64,000 nt of DNA from positions 30,256,001-30,320,000 of the forward strand of contig CM022679.1 in the NCBI GenBank assembly GCA_012295275.1. The letters run 5' to 3'. The stretch is from Chrysomallon squamiferum (taxonomy: Eukaryota > Animalia > Mollusca). Below the pieces are notes generated by a model. That model ran no database searches. It was not told where the DNA came from and worked only from the letters and a program-made list of their open reading frames with translations. Shown here piece after piece: positions 1 to 12,829 of the stretch. Within the stretch, counting starts at the first letter, position 1; each line of letters opens with the position of its first letter. The translations under genes were made by a program, and so were the position numbers.

Positions 1-630
1 AGTAAACAATCAATAACAGTATATATAAAATGCATTTATATTATTTCTGTAAACAAGCCAAGAACTCATCAAATACATATTTTATGTACACATAACATAC
101 TCTTATGTTTTCTGTGAAACAAAAAAAAAAAAAAAGACATTTTCTGGTGGAAAATTACTCCATGTCTTTATATCAAAATATTTGTATTTGTTAATACTGA
201 ATTTCATTTGATATTCCTTGAATTATCACTCTGTATAAAGCAGTGTGCATATATGTACTTTTGGGCCCTCCCCCATTTTTTCAAGGTAATTCATTCATTG
301 ATTTTCTCACAGCACTTAGTCATAGTAATAAATTTGACAATTCAAGGAAATGTACTTCATATATGGCAATGTTTGTGCAGTCCTCAGCTGCTCAACAATT
401 TACTAACCTACACAAAGATCGACAATTTTAAAACTATTAATAGTCATATAATATCATTTCCAGTTACTTGTCTATATACGGCTGGATTTAACAGACCATT
501 TGAATTCAAGGAAAAATACTGAGCAAGTTCACAATGCACTTTTATGTACAGAGTACTGCACTATACCCAGTTTCTTAATTATAATTTTTATTTTTATTTG
601 TTTGTGTGTGTGTTTATTTATTTATTTATT

Positions 631-663
<33 letters not shown>

Positions 664-706
664 GTTATTATTACTATTATATTTATTGTTGTTGTTGTTG
701 TTATTA

Positions 707-737
<31 letters not shown>

Positions 738-927
738 TATCATTTGATTTATCATATCTCAGAACTACACACAGTACCATTTTTTTTTTTGAGATGTCAA
801 ACAGTAGATGAGTACTTGATATATTACAAAACTTGCATACAGTACATTTAATAAATAAATTTTGAATTAATACTATAGCAGAAATGTTTTCAGGCCAGCA
901 TATAAAGGGTTTGTTACCTAATTCTAA

Positions 928-1110
928 AAATTCTCATTAATCATTTTCATATTTTCCTCTTGATCCACACCAGATATTTCTAGATAATGTTATCAGATTG
1001 CAAAATTCTTGTTAAGCATTTTCATATTTTTCTCTGGATAAAAGCCCCTAGTATGTGGACAATGATATCAGATTGCAAAATTCCCCTTAATCATATTCAT
1101 ATGTTTTCTG
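928..1110. repeat. diverged tandem repeat, about 77-bp unit, about 2.4 copies
   Basis: Recurring blocks cattttcatatttt and atcagattgcaaaattc. Confidence 0.65.
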
Positions 1111-1596
1111 CAAACTGTGTCGTCATTTCTGGTTAAAACTGATTTCATTGCCATATTTGTCTGCTGTCTGAGCTAATTCAGTTTTCAGAATTGTGTGGCA
1201 TGTGGGGCCTTTTTCTTGTAACAGTCTGTTTATAGATTTCTTGGTACAGCTACTGCTGGGAGTTAGGAAAGACCAGTATTTGATGTCTGAACCTGGTTTA
1301 GTGACCTAGTTTGGAAACCACTTTGTAATGGTCACAGGTGTAGGTTGTCTGTATCTGTCTAAACAGTATTGCGTAGGTGGGTTGTCTGGGTGTGTTTTTT
1401 TTTTGTGTCTGTGGGGGTGTATTGTGTGTGTGTGTTTTTTTTTTCTATGAGAGAATCATGTGTATGTGAGTACTGAATATATATATATATAAATATATAT
1501 TCCAGAATGTATACATACATATAATCATACTAGCATGAGCAAACCATACATACAACCAATTTGTCCATCCATCTCTGAGTATACATATACATATAC

Positions 1597-1641
<45 letters not shown>

Positions 1642-2223
1642 AATGTATATGTATGAGTGTGTATGTTTTTGTAGATTTGTATGAATACATGTATATGTTT
1701 GTATGTATATGTATGTATGTATGCATGTTTGTATGTATGTATGTATGTACATATGTACGTGTGTATTTAAAAGGTTGTTCAGTTAACAATGGACTGCAGT
1801 CACATTGTACAAACATGTTACATTTAGCTGGCAGCCTGTGTGTGAGAGATAACTATTGTTTGAAAATTCACTGCTGATGTTGAATACAACATATCTGAAT
1901 TTATTTACTTTTTTACTTAATGATAATGCAGCATGATTTAACAATGATGTAAAGAAAGATGAATCTTCAACTGCCCATTCATCTTGTATTCATGCCCATT
2001 CACAAGTCATCTTTTTTTATTTATGGGGATTATGTAAATTTGATCTTTACTGAGCCAGCTAGAACGGGATATAGTGCAGTGAGCACATATATATATATAT
2101 ATAAATAATGAATTCAGTTATTTCTTAACATTTTGGTGAGCAAATAAATTATATTATCTTAAAAACCGATGCTGTTAATTTGATGTTTTGATGATTAAAG
2201 ATGACGGTTGTTTCTTTTTTCAG

Positions 2224-2351
2224 TGAGTATAGCTGAAGTGGAGCGGTTGTGGTTGAGGTTTCAACAGCTTGGTTGTAACAGTGATGGTGTGCTTCCTGAT
2301 TTCGTTTTAAAGACTGAACCACAGATTAAAAATGATGCTTTTATTAGGAAT
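2224..2351 (+). CDS. EF-hand/death-domain protein, first visible coding exon (SIAEVERLWLRFQQLGCNSDGVLPDFVLKTEPQIKNDAFIRN)
   Basis: Acceptor tttctttttt-cag (2221-2223), donor gtgagt at 2352, phase 1 to 0. The peptide resembles the CHP/tescalcin/calcineurin-B N-terminal motif (I-x-R-L-x-x-R-F-x-x-L...G). Confidence 0.85.
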
Positions 2352-2387
2352 GTGAGTCCTTGGCATATGTGTGTGTTTACCAGAATA

Positions 2388-2600
2388 TATGTATGTATAT
2401 AGGTGTATGTAAACATGTATGTATATAGGTGTATGTAAACATGTATGTATATAGGTGTATGTAAACATGTATGTATATAGGTGTATGTAAACATGTATAT
2501 ATAGGTGTATGTATACGTATGTATATAGGTGTATGTAAACATGTATGTATATAGGTGTGTGTAAACATGTATGTATATAGGTGTATGTAAACATGTATGT
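2388..2600. repeat. 26-bp minisatellite (atgtatgtatataggtgtatgtaaac), about 8 copies
   Basis: Directly visible periodicity (agg at 2401, 2427, 2453...). Confidence 0.9.
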
Positions 2601-2904
2601 GTTCATGTGTATATAAATGTTTACTATATACTATATACACATATATGTGTGTGTGTGTGTGTGTTTAGTATATAGTAAATATATATATGTATGTATGTAT
2701 GTTAATATGTGTATATAGTAAATATATATATGTATGTATGTATGTTAATATGTGTATATATGTAAATATGTATCTGTGTATGCGTATATGTATATATTTT
2801 TAAAGTATATGACAACAAGTATGTAGTATATATGTGTGTCTGTCTATATGTTAGTATATTTGTATATTTGTTCATTTATGAATGTTTCTATTTTAAAATT
2901 TTAG

Positions 2905-3007
2905 ATTTTCAAAAACATGAAATCTCGAAATGGAGCTGTGTCTTTTGAAACATTCCTGCGAGCTATGAAATGGACAGAAATACAGGACACACAGACAAAA
3001 GTAAAAG
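2905..3007 (+). CDS. EF-hand/death-domain protein exon (IFKNMKSRNGAVSFETFLRAMKWTEIQDTQTKVK)
   Basis: ttttag acceptor, g|gtaagt donor, 103 nt, phase 0 to 1. Degenerate EF-hand-like G-x-V-S-F-E-T-F. Confidence 0.85.
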
Positions 3008-3514
3008 GTAAGTAATTATTTCTGATTTAGCATAATATTTGAAATAATAAATGTAGTGAAATTCACATTAAAGCAATGGATTATTTGAATTTAGAAAACG
3101 GGTTTTTCATTGTTATAACAGTAATATGGTTTTAAAAGTTGCATCAGATATTTTTAAAATGAACTATTTAAATATTCCTCAATGCAAAACTAATCTGTTA
3201 TTATTGTATGAATTAAAATAATGAATAAAATCAAATAATAATAATAAAAACAACATATCCTTTATGTCCTGCTAAAAATTAAATTAAATATTAATTTCTA
3301 TGGTATAAAATGTCTATGAATCAGAAATTCGATACGATAAATTGTTAAAGGAACTTGCTAGTTAAAAAAACATTTTATATGAGAAAATAATAAGCTTATG
3401 AACTGAGTAAATATATAAATATAACTCATAAATATCATAAAGTTTTCACATAGTAATATTCATTATTTTACTTATATATTATGTGTTATGTATTGTTATT
3501 ATTATTTATTGCAG

Positions 3515-3603
3515 CAATATTTAATTTAATGAACAATGGGAAACCTGTGGACAAGAACTTGTTTACCAACATCATTTCCAAACTATATCCTGAGGCACCA
3601 CCT
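3515..3603 (+). CDS. EF-hand/death-domain protein exon (AIFNLMNNGKPVDKNLFTNIISKLYPEAPP)
   Basis: ttattgcag acceptor, gtaagt donor, 89 nt, phase 1 to 0, in frame with both neighbours. Confidence 0.85.
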
Positions 3604-4050
3604 GTAAGTGAACAAATTGATGGCTGTTTATCTACCAGTTAAATAATGCATAGCTGTATAATAACCAGTTTGCCTTTATATGTACATGTAAATATATTTT
3701 GTATTGTTATCAATACAATAATTACACATGCAAAAAATCAATTATGGTGCAATTACCTTGGTGACTCAGTCTTTTAAGATGTCTGTTCCTGTTATTCTTT
3801 TTTTTTTCTTTTTTTTTCTTCCAAAAATATATTGATCAGATATTCATTAATGTTTTTTTTTTTTTTAAAGTTAGCTGTTGTATTTTAGTTTGTTGTATTA
3901 AAATGATGGTGTTCTTTCAGTTTTTATCTAGTTTGTTAGACCATTCTGTAGATTTTCATATATATTTTTTAAATGTAATTTAATTTTTGAATATCTTCAC
4001 AGGTTTTCGTATTTTATTGTCATGCTTATTATTATAATATTTATTTTTAG

Positions 4051-4108
4051 GAAGAAACACAAAATATTACTGACCTATTTTTTAAGAAGATGGATATAGA
4101 TTCAAGAG
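4051..4108 (+). CDS. EF-hand/death-domain protein exon (EETQNITDLFFKKMDIDSRG)
   Basis: tttttag acceptor, g|gtataa donor, 58 nt, phase 0 to 1. Begins the EF-hand loop D-x-D-x-x-G. Confidence 0.85.
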
Positions 4109-4244
4109 GTATAATTATTTGTAAACGTTCAATATGATTTCTAAAACAATCTATTATTTATTTATTTATCAATGCATGACAATGAATACATAAATTACAT
4201 GATGTTTTTCATTTTATATATCATTCAAAATAGTGTTTATAACA

Positions 4245-4276
<32 letters not shown>

Positions 4277-4556
4277 TTCTGCAGTTACTGTACCTAATAG
4301 CAAGATGTGATGACTAGATACATTTCTACATTTTTATGCACCAACCAAAGATATAGCTTTTTGGGATGGAACTAAAGTACTTCATGTAGTGTTTTAATTA
4401 TAGGTTTAGATCTTAAAAGACCATTTTGAAAATGATTTTCGTTAAAAAAATAAATAAAAAAATGGTTACTATTTAACAACTATATTCTTTTAATGTGTAG
4501 GCAACTGTGAAATTTGTCTGTGTCAGTAACTCACAATTTTCATATGTGTGTATTCA

Positions 4557-4612
<56 letters not shown>

Positions 4613-4727
4613 CTATTATACTTGTATTACTCTACTCTGCTTGAAAAGTTTGCTGAGGTGAACTGCTCAGAGACAAAAGGGGAGATAACTGTAAAAGGGG
4701 AGATAACTGCAGTCTGGCATGTTTCAG

Positions 4728-4855
4728 GGGTGCTAACTGAGGATCAGTTCACAGTGGTAGTGATGAGGCTGCCCAGAGACCAGCTCAACCACATCCTCAA
4801 CTTCCACATCCTGCCAGAAGACATGAGAGAGAGAGTCCACAGAAACCTGCCCGAG
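4728..4855 (+). CDS. EF-hand/death-domain protein exon (GVLTEDQFTVVVMRLPRDQLNHILNFHILPEDMRERVHRNLPE)
   Basis: tttcag acceptor, gag|gtaaac donor, 128 nt, phase 1 to 0. Completes the loop DIDSRGVLTEDQF; raised third-position GC. Confidence 0.88.
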
Positions 4856-5112
4856 GTAAACAAAAAAAGTCCAACAAAAAAGTCCAACAGTTTTTAGAGC
4901 TGACATTAGTTTCCTCCTGGGAGACAAAGAGAGAAACAGGATAATTTTAATAATAAAACCAAAGAAAAGAGTTTAGGTTTAGAAAAATAATAATAAAACC
5001 AGAGAAAAGGTTTAGTTGTGAAAATGGGAAAAAAAGAAAGAGGAGTGGAAAGGGGGAAAATATTTTACGAGATATCAGAAGATAGGGAAGTAGAAACAAG
5101 AAATTCTTAGAA

Positions 5113-5216
<104 letters not shown>

Positions 5217-5269
5217 AGACTGATATAACAAGAAGACTTGTTTAATTTAGTTCTCTGCTCTGTGTACAG

Positions 5270-5506
5270 TTTAGCAGCAGAAACGCAAGTCAACAAATGA
5301 CCTACCCGACGCACCGCACGGGAAACACGACCATTAGCCCCCCAGCCCGTCTGGCAGTGAGCCAGGTCCCCGCAGATGCTCTCCTCAGGGATGTGGCAGA
5401 CATGATAAAGGGAAGAGACTGGGACCTGGTGGCCAACAAGCTAGGGTTCTTGCAGGAGGACATCAACAACTTCAGACACATTTACCCCGAAAGTTCTTAT
5501 CAGCAG
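5270..5506 (+). CDS. EF-hand/death-domain protein exon: linker plus N-half of the death domain (...DALLRDVADMIKGRDWDLVANKLGFLQEDINNFRHIYPESSYQQ)
   Basis: tgtgtacag acceptor, cag|gtatgt donor, 237 nt, phase 0. Death-fold pattern VA...DW..VA..LGF...DI. Confidence 0.9.
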
Positions 5507-5622
5507 GTATGTTTTGTTTAGCTTTGTGTTGGTAAGTCAGTGTGAGTAGAGTAAGGGTTGGTGTGTGTGTGTGTGAAAGAGGATAGCAGACAGATGAGGC
5601 AGACAGAGAGACACACACAGAG

Positions 5623-5713
<91 letters not shown>

Positions 5714-5778
5714 ATTGTGGGTAAGATATTTCACTTACTTTTAATTTTATTTATATATACTTCTTGTTGTTGGTTTGT

Positions 5779-5966
5779 AATTATTATTATTGTTGTTATT
5801 ATTGTTGTTGTTATTATTAGTATTATCATTAACATTCTTCTTCATAATATTATTGTTGTTATTACTATCATTGTTATTGTTGTTATTATTACTATTACAG
5901 TTATTATAATTATAATTATTATTACTATTACAGTTATTATTATTATAGTTATTATTATTATTATTA

Positions 5967-6015
<49 letters not shown>

Positions 6016-6029
6016 GATTATTATTATTA
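5779..6029. repeat. (ATT/GTT)n low-complexity tract, representative of dozens of (AAT)n, (CA)n, (GA)n, (TA)n and (CATA)n microsatellites across the window
   Basis: Directly visible. Other examples: 5127-5212, 16160-16275, 29866-30110, 55647-55727, 61265-61533, 61762-62018. Confidence 0.9.
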
Positions 6030-6036
6030 CTTTCAG

Positions 6037-6156
6037 GTGTATCAGATGCTGAGAGAATGGAAGTTAAAAGAAGGAGCCAATGCTCGTATTGATGTGTTAG
6101 AACGAGCTCTCGGAGAAGGAGGGATGGTTGACGCCTCACTGGCTTTAAGACCTTAG
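6037..6156 (+). CDS. EF-hand/death-domain protein terminal exon (VYQMLREWKLKEGANARIDVLERALGEGGMVDASLALRP*)
   Basis: tttcag acceptor, phase 0, TAG at 6154-6156. Typical death-domain C-half YQML..W...EG..A....L..AL. Confidence 0.9.
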   Translation: MYQMLREWKLKEGANARIDVLERALGEGGMVDASLALRP

Positions 6157-6199
6157 TTTTAGTTTTTACAGCCATTCCATAACATAACAATAGCAGCAC

Positions 6200-6230
<31 letters not shown>

Positions 6231-6236
<6 letters not shown>
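6231..6236 (+). promoter_or_regulatory. candidate polyadenylation signal of the EF-hand/death-domain gene
   Basis: First AATAAA about 75 nt after the stop. It lies at the end of an (AAT)n run and other AATAAA follow. Confidence 0.3.
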
Positions 6237-6238
<2 letters not shown>

Positions 6239-6476
6239 CAACTATATATGATAAATGTTTTATTTAATTCATTGAAAACGAAATCAAGTCCAGTTACTCT
6301 ATTATTTTCTCTAAGACTAAATAAGATTATCTCCCTGCCTGTTATAAATTTTAAGAAAAAAGAAAGAAATAAAATTTTATAAAGCGATGAAACATTAAAA
6401 TAGAATTTAATTAAAACACACTCACACACACTCACACACTAACATTATTATTATTGTTGTCGTTGTTGTTGTTGTT

Positions 6477-6508
<32 letters not shown>

Positions 6509-6764
6509 TTTGATAGCATAATCTCTATCTGCCTAACATAAATAAATGTAATAAAATGAAAAAAATTAATTAAAAAAAATTCTTAAATTAAATCGGAAGG
6601 ACTGAAATAAAATGTAATAAAATGAAATAAAATGAAAATTTAATAAAACAAGTAGTGTTTGTGTCAGAGATGGTATTACGTCCTGTGTAATTATGACATC
6701 ATGAGAACGCTACGTACTTGCGCATGATCCAGATGTTAATGTGTGCACGTGCATGATTCACGTG

Positions 6765-6966
6765 TTAATGTGTGCACGTGGCGGACACGAGTGTTGAACC
6801 CAGGGCCACGATCCTGAAGCTCTTCTTTCTGTTCCTGCTATGCAGACTGCGAGCGTAGATGCAGTTGTACTTGCGGAATTTGGTGTTGACGTTCAGAAAT
6901 CTAAATGTGAAGATTGACTCCTGCATCTGAATGATTATGTGTATGAAACCAAGTAGATACATAGTT
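6765..6966 (-). other. candidate terminal exon of an antisense transcript with a 66-codon open frame (TMYLLGFIHIIIQMQESIFTFRFLNVNTKFRKYNCIYARSLHSRNRKKSFRIVALGSTLVSATCTH*)
   Basis: Minus-strand acceptor tttatttatttcacag at 6967. GC/CpG-richer than the flanks; only one frame is open and many codons end in C/G. No recognisable homology. Confidence 0.45.
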
Positions 6967-8005
6967 CTGTGAAATAAATAAATAAACAAATAAGTTAATA
7001 ACCTAACCTAACCTAACAAAACAAACAAACAAACAACAACAAAAATTAAAATAAACAAATAAATAAATTTTACCAAAAGAGTTGACTTGAATGACGAGAA
7101 AAACAAAGACAAATTATACTTTCGGCATTCTTCATTCTTCTGAAATGTTTATTTTTTTTTTTTTTTTTTTAAATACTGAAACGGAATTACAACAAAGTAA
7201 ATAAAAATATCGAAGCACTGTAGAAACTATTTATGAAATTACAGAACGATTATAAGTGAAATTTAATAATATTTAAGACAGAACGACTATGTAAATTTAA
7301 CATATTTAAAAGATAAAAAAAAGAAGAAAAAACTGTGTCACAATGAGTAAGAGTAAGTGCATGGCTTGGATAGACAGACAGACAGACAGACAGAGAAAAT
7401 AACAGCCAATTTCTGTAACAGTGCAAGACTGAACGATACTAGATGAACAAAACAGCAATAAAAGAATGAAAATATTTACGTCTTTGTACATGCGTATGCA
7501 CTCTCCATATACAACTTGTACAGACGCGCGCGCGCACACAAACACACATACACAGACACAAACACAGAGACACATACATAAATACACACATTCTATAAAA
7601 ACACAAAAACACACATACATATCTACATACCTACCTACTTACCGCCCTTCATACATACGTACAAACACATTCATTCATACATACGTAGACATAAAAACAA
7701 AAACACACTTACGTTCATACATATATATATATATACAAACAGACGTATATGTATAAAATAATATTAGTAATAAATTTAAGTTCACAACTAATGTTAAATG
7801 TTTAAATCTGACCACATCCTGTTAATGGTGAAAACGTACCTTCCGCTCAAGAACTCTATAATATTCCGACACAACCCACATTATGAAATAAATATACCGC
7901 ACGAAAATAATAAAGAAATAAAATATTAGGAATAATGTATTTCAAATGTTAAATGTTGTTTGTTCAGCGACCAAATTCTTATTATTTAATCTGCTTGTCA
8001 GTGGC

Positions 8006-8077
<72 letters not shown>

Positions 8078-8224
8078 AATAAATAAATAAATAAAATTGC
8101 TCCGCCGCATTTGGATTATCACAAACGTATGTTTTTCAGTCTCTGTGAAAATCGTAAATAAAAAACAATCTCTTTTTTCTAACAAGAGTCTATGAATCCG
8201 TGAATTTTGAAACCTAAAGAAGAA

Positions 8225-8290
8225 ACATCTGCTGACAGTTCAAAGGTTACTCCTACCGATTAGTAAGTAACGTGTCTTTTATATGCAGGG
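8225..8290 (-). mobile_element. degenerate SINE-like fragment
   Basis: The reverse complement reads tgcatataaaagacacgttacttactaatcgg, the same core as at 19390. Confidence 0.45.
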
Positions 8291-8590
8291 GTGCAGGGTG
8301 GAATGGGAATTTTAACTGAAGCGACCCTGGCGAGAATTGATTACGCCTTGTGTATGCGAATTAATCACTTATCTATAGTTTTCTATCACTAGCTGTGTAA
8401 ACGTGTTTTTGCAAGCCTGTAATATCTTCTGATCTTCACTGTTTTCTGATATGTATAAATAGATAAATATATAATCTGAATGAATTATGTAAAATGTAGA
8501 AAAAAGTGTTAACCAAATTACTAATAACAAGCACAAACTTCATAAATAGCATTTTTCATTGTATAAATATTTAAAATGTGAAATTTAATC

Positions 8591-8623
<33 letters not shown>

Positions 8624-8625
8624 GT

Positions 8626-8675
<50 letters not shown>

Positions 8676-8691
8676 CCAGCGGTATGCAAAC

Positions 8692-8741
8692 CTAAAGTTA
8701 ATTGCAACATCAAAATTTGACAGAAAAGCATTTCTTTGAGA
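8692..8741 (-). other. candidate antisense exon (50 nt)
   Basis: Minus-strand acceptor tttttctgttctccag and donor ttag|gtttgc. Confidence 0.3.
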
Positions 8742-9920
8742 CTGGAGAACAGAAAAACACTGCCATTAAAACACGTTAACTCATTACGAGTAACAAAATA
8801 CTGTAGACACACACACGCTAAATCAAGCAGACGAAGATTATTGCGCATGCTCAGATTTACCAACCAATTTAAAACGCACCAGGTGTAGGCCTAATGTGCT
8901 GTTACTATCAGTGAGTGAAATATAAAGCAAGGTACGGTAAAACAAAGTAAAGACAGCAAACAGTTTAAGTACTTTTGGAAAAGGCGTTAAAAAGAGCAGC
9001 AGTGTTAGGTTCGGGTTTGACGCCACACATCATTTGCTTTTTTATGAGTGGCTCGCTCGAGGTGTAAAATATACAGAGGCATGAGGCCTTTTATGGGAAA
9101 CATAATTTAAATATTCAATAATAACTAATTCTGGATCGTAATTATTTTAACACTAGTTTTTAACGGTTGTCAGCTGATCAAAAAAATAATAAATTCAAAT
9201 AATAATACTACTAATACTAATACTAATAATAATAATAAAAACATAAATAATAATCATAATAATAATAATCATAAATACATAAATAATAATAATAATCATA
9301 ATCATAATAATAATAATAACAAATAAATAAATAAATACATAGAAAACAACAACAACAATAACAACAATAATAATAATAATAAATAAATGAAACAACTAGT
9401 TTCTTTTACCGACCCTTATTAATCGTAACTTCAATGATATTCACTATACATTACCAATAAGTAAGAACAAACATTTACGTGTGTGTATACATCAGTACAG
9501 TTATATATTTATTATTACGCAGATCTTAATTTCAGTGTTTGAATGAAGACAAACACGCCAGTGCATAAAATGTTACTCATGTCCATATACATAATTTGTT
9601 TTTGGAAAAATGACTATTAATAATAACAAAATATATATCTACAACGACAACACAATTTACTGTTTCGGGCGTAAAAGCAAATGTCATAAAAATTGAAATG
9701 AATGGGCCATAATATTTTTGAGCGATAAGATTTCTCATTAATTTTGTACGTTATTTGGCGAAATGAAGCCCACAGGTCTTCATAGTGCGCAAGAGAGATC
9801 ATGGACGTAAATAAATGAAACAATTTAACGCGTGACAAATGTGTTTTTATGTATTTTATATTTATATATTTGTTGACTGAACTAATACGGTATCAAAGTC
9901 GCATGTACTATAGACAGTAC

Positions 9921-9997
<77 letters not shown>

Positions 9998-10150
9998 TTT
10001 TTTTTTTTTCCTTTTAGTGTATCTCATTGTGGTTTTAACTCTATCGTGGTCCATTAAAAATCCATTATCGGAAATGTTTTGTGTATTTTCACCGATATAA
10101 AAATGTTTAACTATTGATCACTTTAACTCTTATAAAAGCTTTATATTTAA

Positions 10151-10186
<36 letters not shown>

Positions 10187-10460
10187 CATCATCATCATCA
10201 TCATCATCTCCAGCCTTTTCACTGACTGGTCGAAATAAAAATGGTTAGAAAATGTATCAGTATATTTTAGAAAACCACTATGTCTCTATATTACAACCGA
10301 CACCATGTTCGAAACTGGTCTGTCATAATGCAACGGTAAAAAATATTATTTTTTATATAAAACTGTCGTTTTTGTGTTACGACTACAAATACAGACGCTT
10401 CATAAACCGGTGTATATAAAGCGTCATAACTTTTAAAAGAAAGACAGTAACCAAGTTTAC

Positions 10461-10558
10461 CTTGCTGAACTAACGATTCGCCACATCTGAAACCACTGAC
10501 ATCAGGTATCTCAGTAATTTTAAATTAGCTGCATCGATTCTTTCCATTAAATTCGTGG
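10461..10558 (-). other. candidate antisense exon (98 nt)
   Basis: Minus-strand acceptor tttctcatttctgttcag and donor aag|gtaaac. Stops in all three frames. Confidence 0.45.
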
Positions 10559-10710
10559 CTGAACAGAAATGAGAAATTTTTTATATATTTTTTCTATTGA
10601 TATGTTTGATAGATAAATCGGAATTTATTTATTTATTTATTTTTTAACTTAGTAAACAGTAAATGGAGATAACATTCACTTCATATTCAAGATCATTTCA
10701 TCAGAAGCTT

Positions 10711-10785
<75 letters not shown>

Positions 10786-10807
10786 TATGATATTCTTCTT
10801 CTTCTTC

Positions 10808-10859
<52 letters not shown>

Positions 10860-11428
10860 TAATGGCTTTAGCCATTTGCAATTGAAAGGTGCTTCTTATC
10901 AATTAGGGATGTAGCAGGCAACCCAAAGACTTAATCTTCTATATGAACAGTTCAGAAGTAATTAGAATTAGATACTGGATTAACAGCTGACTACGCTTAG
11001 TAAGATTTTATGAATTTGAGCTGTGGAGTGGAAAATTAGTAACGATACAATCTGCCCCAGACGAAATGACACAACCGAGTTTAGTCTGCATATCATCGTA
11101 TCTCGTTTTTGTGAATAAAATGAAATTTCCACCGCAGACCAGTCTATTGATTTTGTCCGAAAACGTGGCGGGCACGGAAATATGTTAGTTTTAGCTCCTA
11201 ATCGATCAACTCGTATTGGGAGAATTATTGACACTGTTTCATTTTCCCAGGAGACTGCAAACCAAAGAAAGTCCGACATGTTATTTTAACTTCGCAACTA
11301 CTCTAAAACTGAAGCGAAGGAATTCAACGCTTCTGTAAATCTCACGATATTGTGTAACATTCTACTAATGTCGTCTGCTTCTTCCTCCAACAGCCGGCTT
11401 CCCTAATTCCTCTGTGTTGGTCACTCAC

Positions 11429-11472
11429 ACGTGTGTTCAGTATTATAATGTCCAAAACTGTTTATTCATTTT
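11429..11472 (-). other. candidate antisense exon (44 nt)
   Basis: Minus-strand acceptor tctctttctccgttcag and donor gtgagt. Confidence 0.35.
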
Positions 11473-11514
11473 CTGAACGGAGAAAGAGATGTAGAGTGAA
11501 AGAGAGAGGAGAAC

Positions 11515-11549
<35 letters not shown>

Positions 11550-11615
11550 GCACACACACACACACACACACACGCAGACACACGCACACACATATATATG
11601 TAATACACTGTACAG

Positions 11616-11756
11616 AATAACTGGTTACTGTCTTAAGATATAAGCTTTATCTTGCAAAGGTTATAACGGCGAAATGCAATGTGGTTTTGGCGATGTGCAT
11701 TCCACATTCGACTTGAGCAGGATAAAGCTGATATCTTAAGACAATAACCAGTTATT
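11616..11756. mobile_element. inverted repeat with 40-bp arms; probable non-autonomous DNA element/MITE remnant
   Basis: Left arm 11616-11655 aataactggttactgtcttaagatataagctttatcttgc matches the reverse complement of 11717-11756 at 37/40; spacer 61 nt. Confidence 0.6.
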
Positions 11757-12215
11757 TATTTTATCCTGCAAACCTAAATAAGAGAAAAACTAAATTAAAC
11801 TGACTGTTTTATTTCTCAAATCTCGGCCCCAGCATCAGCAGATTCACGCGTATTGATTTCCTTGGCGCCTACTAAAACTACACATCAAAATAAAATAGTT
11901 CTTAAAGAACAATATTTAAAAAAAAAAAAAAAACTGTTTTCAAAATGGTATTTTAAGATCTAATCCAGCAATTAAACACTAAACTTAATTCTGAACAATG
12001 TATCTATATATCCATTTCTCTCTGTTATATACATACATATATATACGTATTACACATTCACATATATACATTCACATACACATATATACAATCACATACA
12101 CTTATAATGAACGAAAAAAAGAAATTTATCTAATCATCATATCTTATACTGATTGCATGATGTGTACTAGTGTGTGTGTCTGTGTGCGCGTGCTTGTGTT
12201 ATATGTGTATGTATG

Positions 12216-12287
<72 letters not shown>

Positions 12288-12829
12288 TCCGACGGACGAT
12301 AGCGTGCCCAAGAATTAGACGTCTGGTCTCCCTAATGACACCTGATCAGAATGAACATAAAACATCATTAACACTCGTTCTCCACATAAGCATTAACGAC
12401 GGGAGATAACTCAACAGTAAATGCTTTACCAGTATAAATCGTATTTATTTTTCCTTTAATACATAAATTTGGAAACCTTTGAAATGATTTTAAATTTGAG
12501 TCCCATGAATAACGGTTGATTCATTACAGATTATTAATATTATCATCATCAAAAACAACAGCAGCAACAACAACAACTATAGTAACAATAATAATAATAA
12601 TAATTTGAATTGATATTTTAAATATTTTTTGACGTTTTTCTTTATGCTTATGTATAGTGCTATTATTATGCACAGTATATTACAAGTACTATAAAATAGC
12701 GTTATGAAAAAAAAATATTTTTTAATCACTGATTAATTTATATTACCGATTCATTTTTCTTTTGTTAATACTTAATACTTCAAATCAACAAATTCCAATT
12801 AATTAACAAATGACAGGTGTTATCATTAG

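Noticed and set aside
2055-2085. Possible upstream exon of the EF-hand gene (donor-like gtgagc at 2079)
   Set aside because: No convincing acceptor or start, and no frame giving a sensible phase-1 join; the first exon remains unidentified.
5273-5280. Tandem AG acceptors tagcagcag at the death-domain exon
   Set aside because: All are out of frame with the phase-0 upstream exon; only the AG at 5268-5269 keeps the frame.
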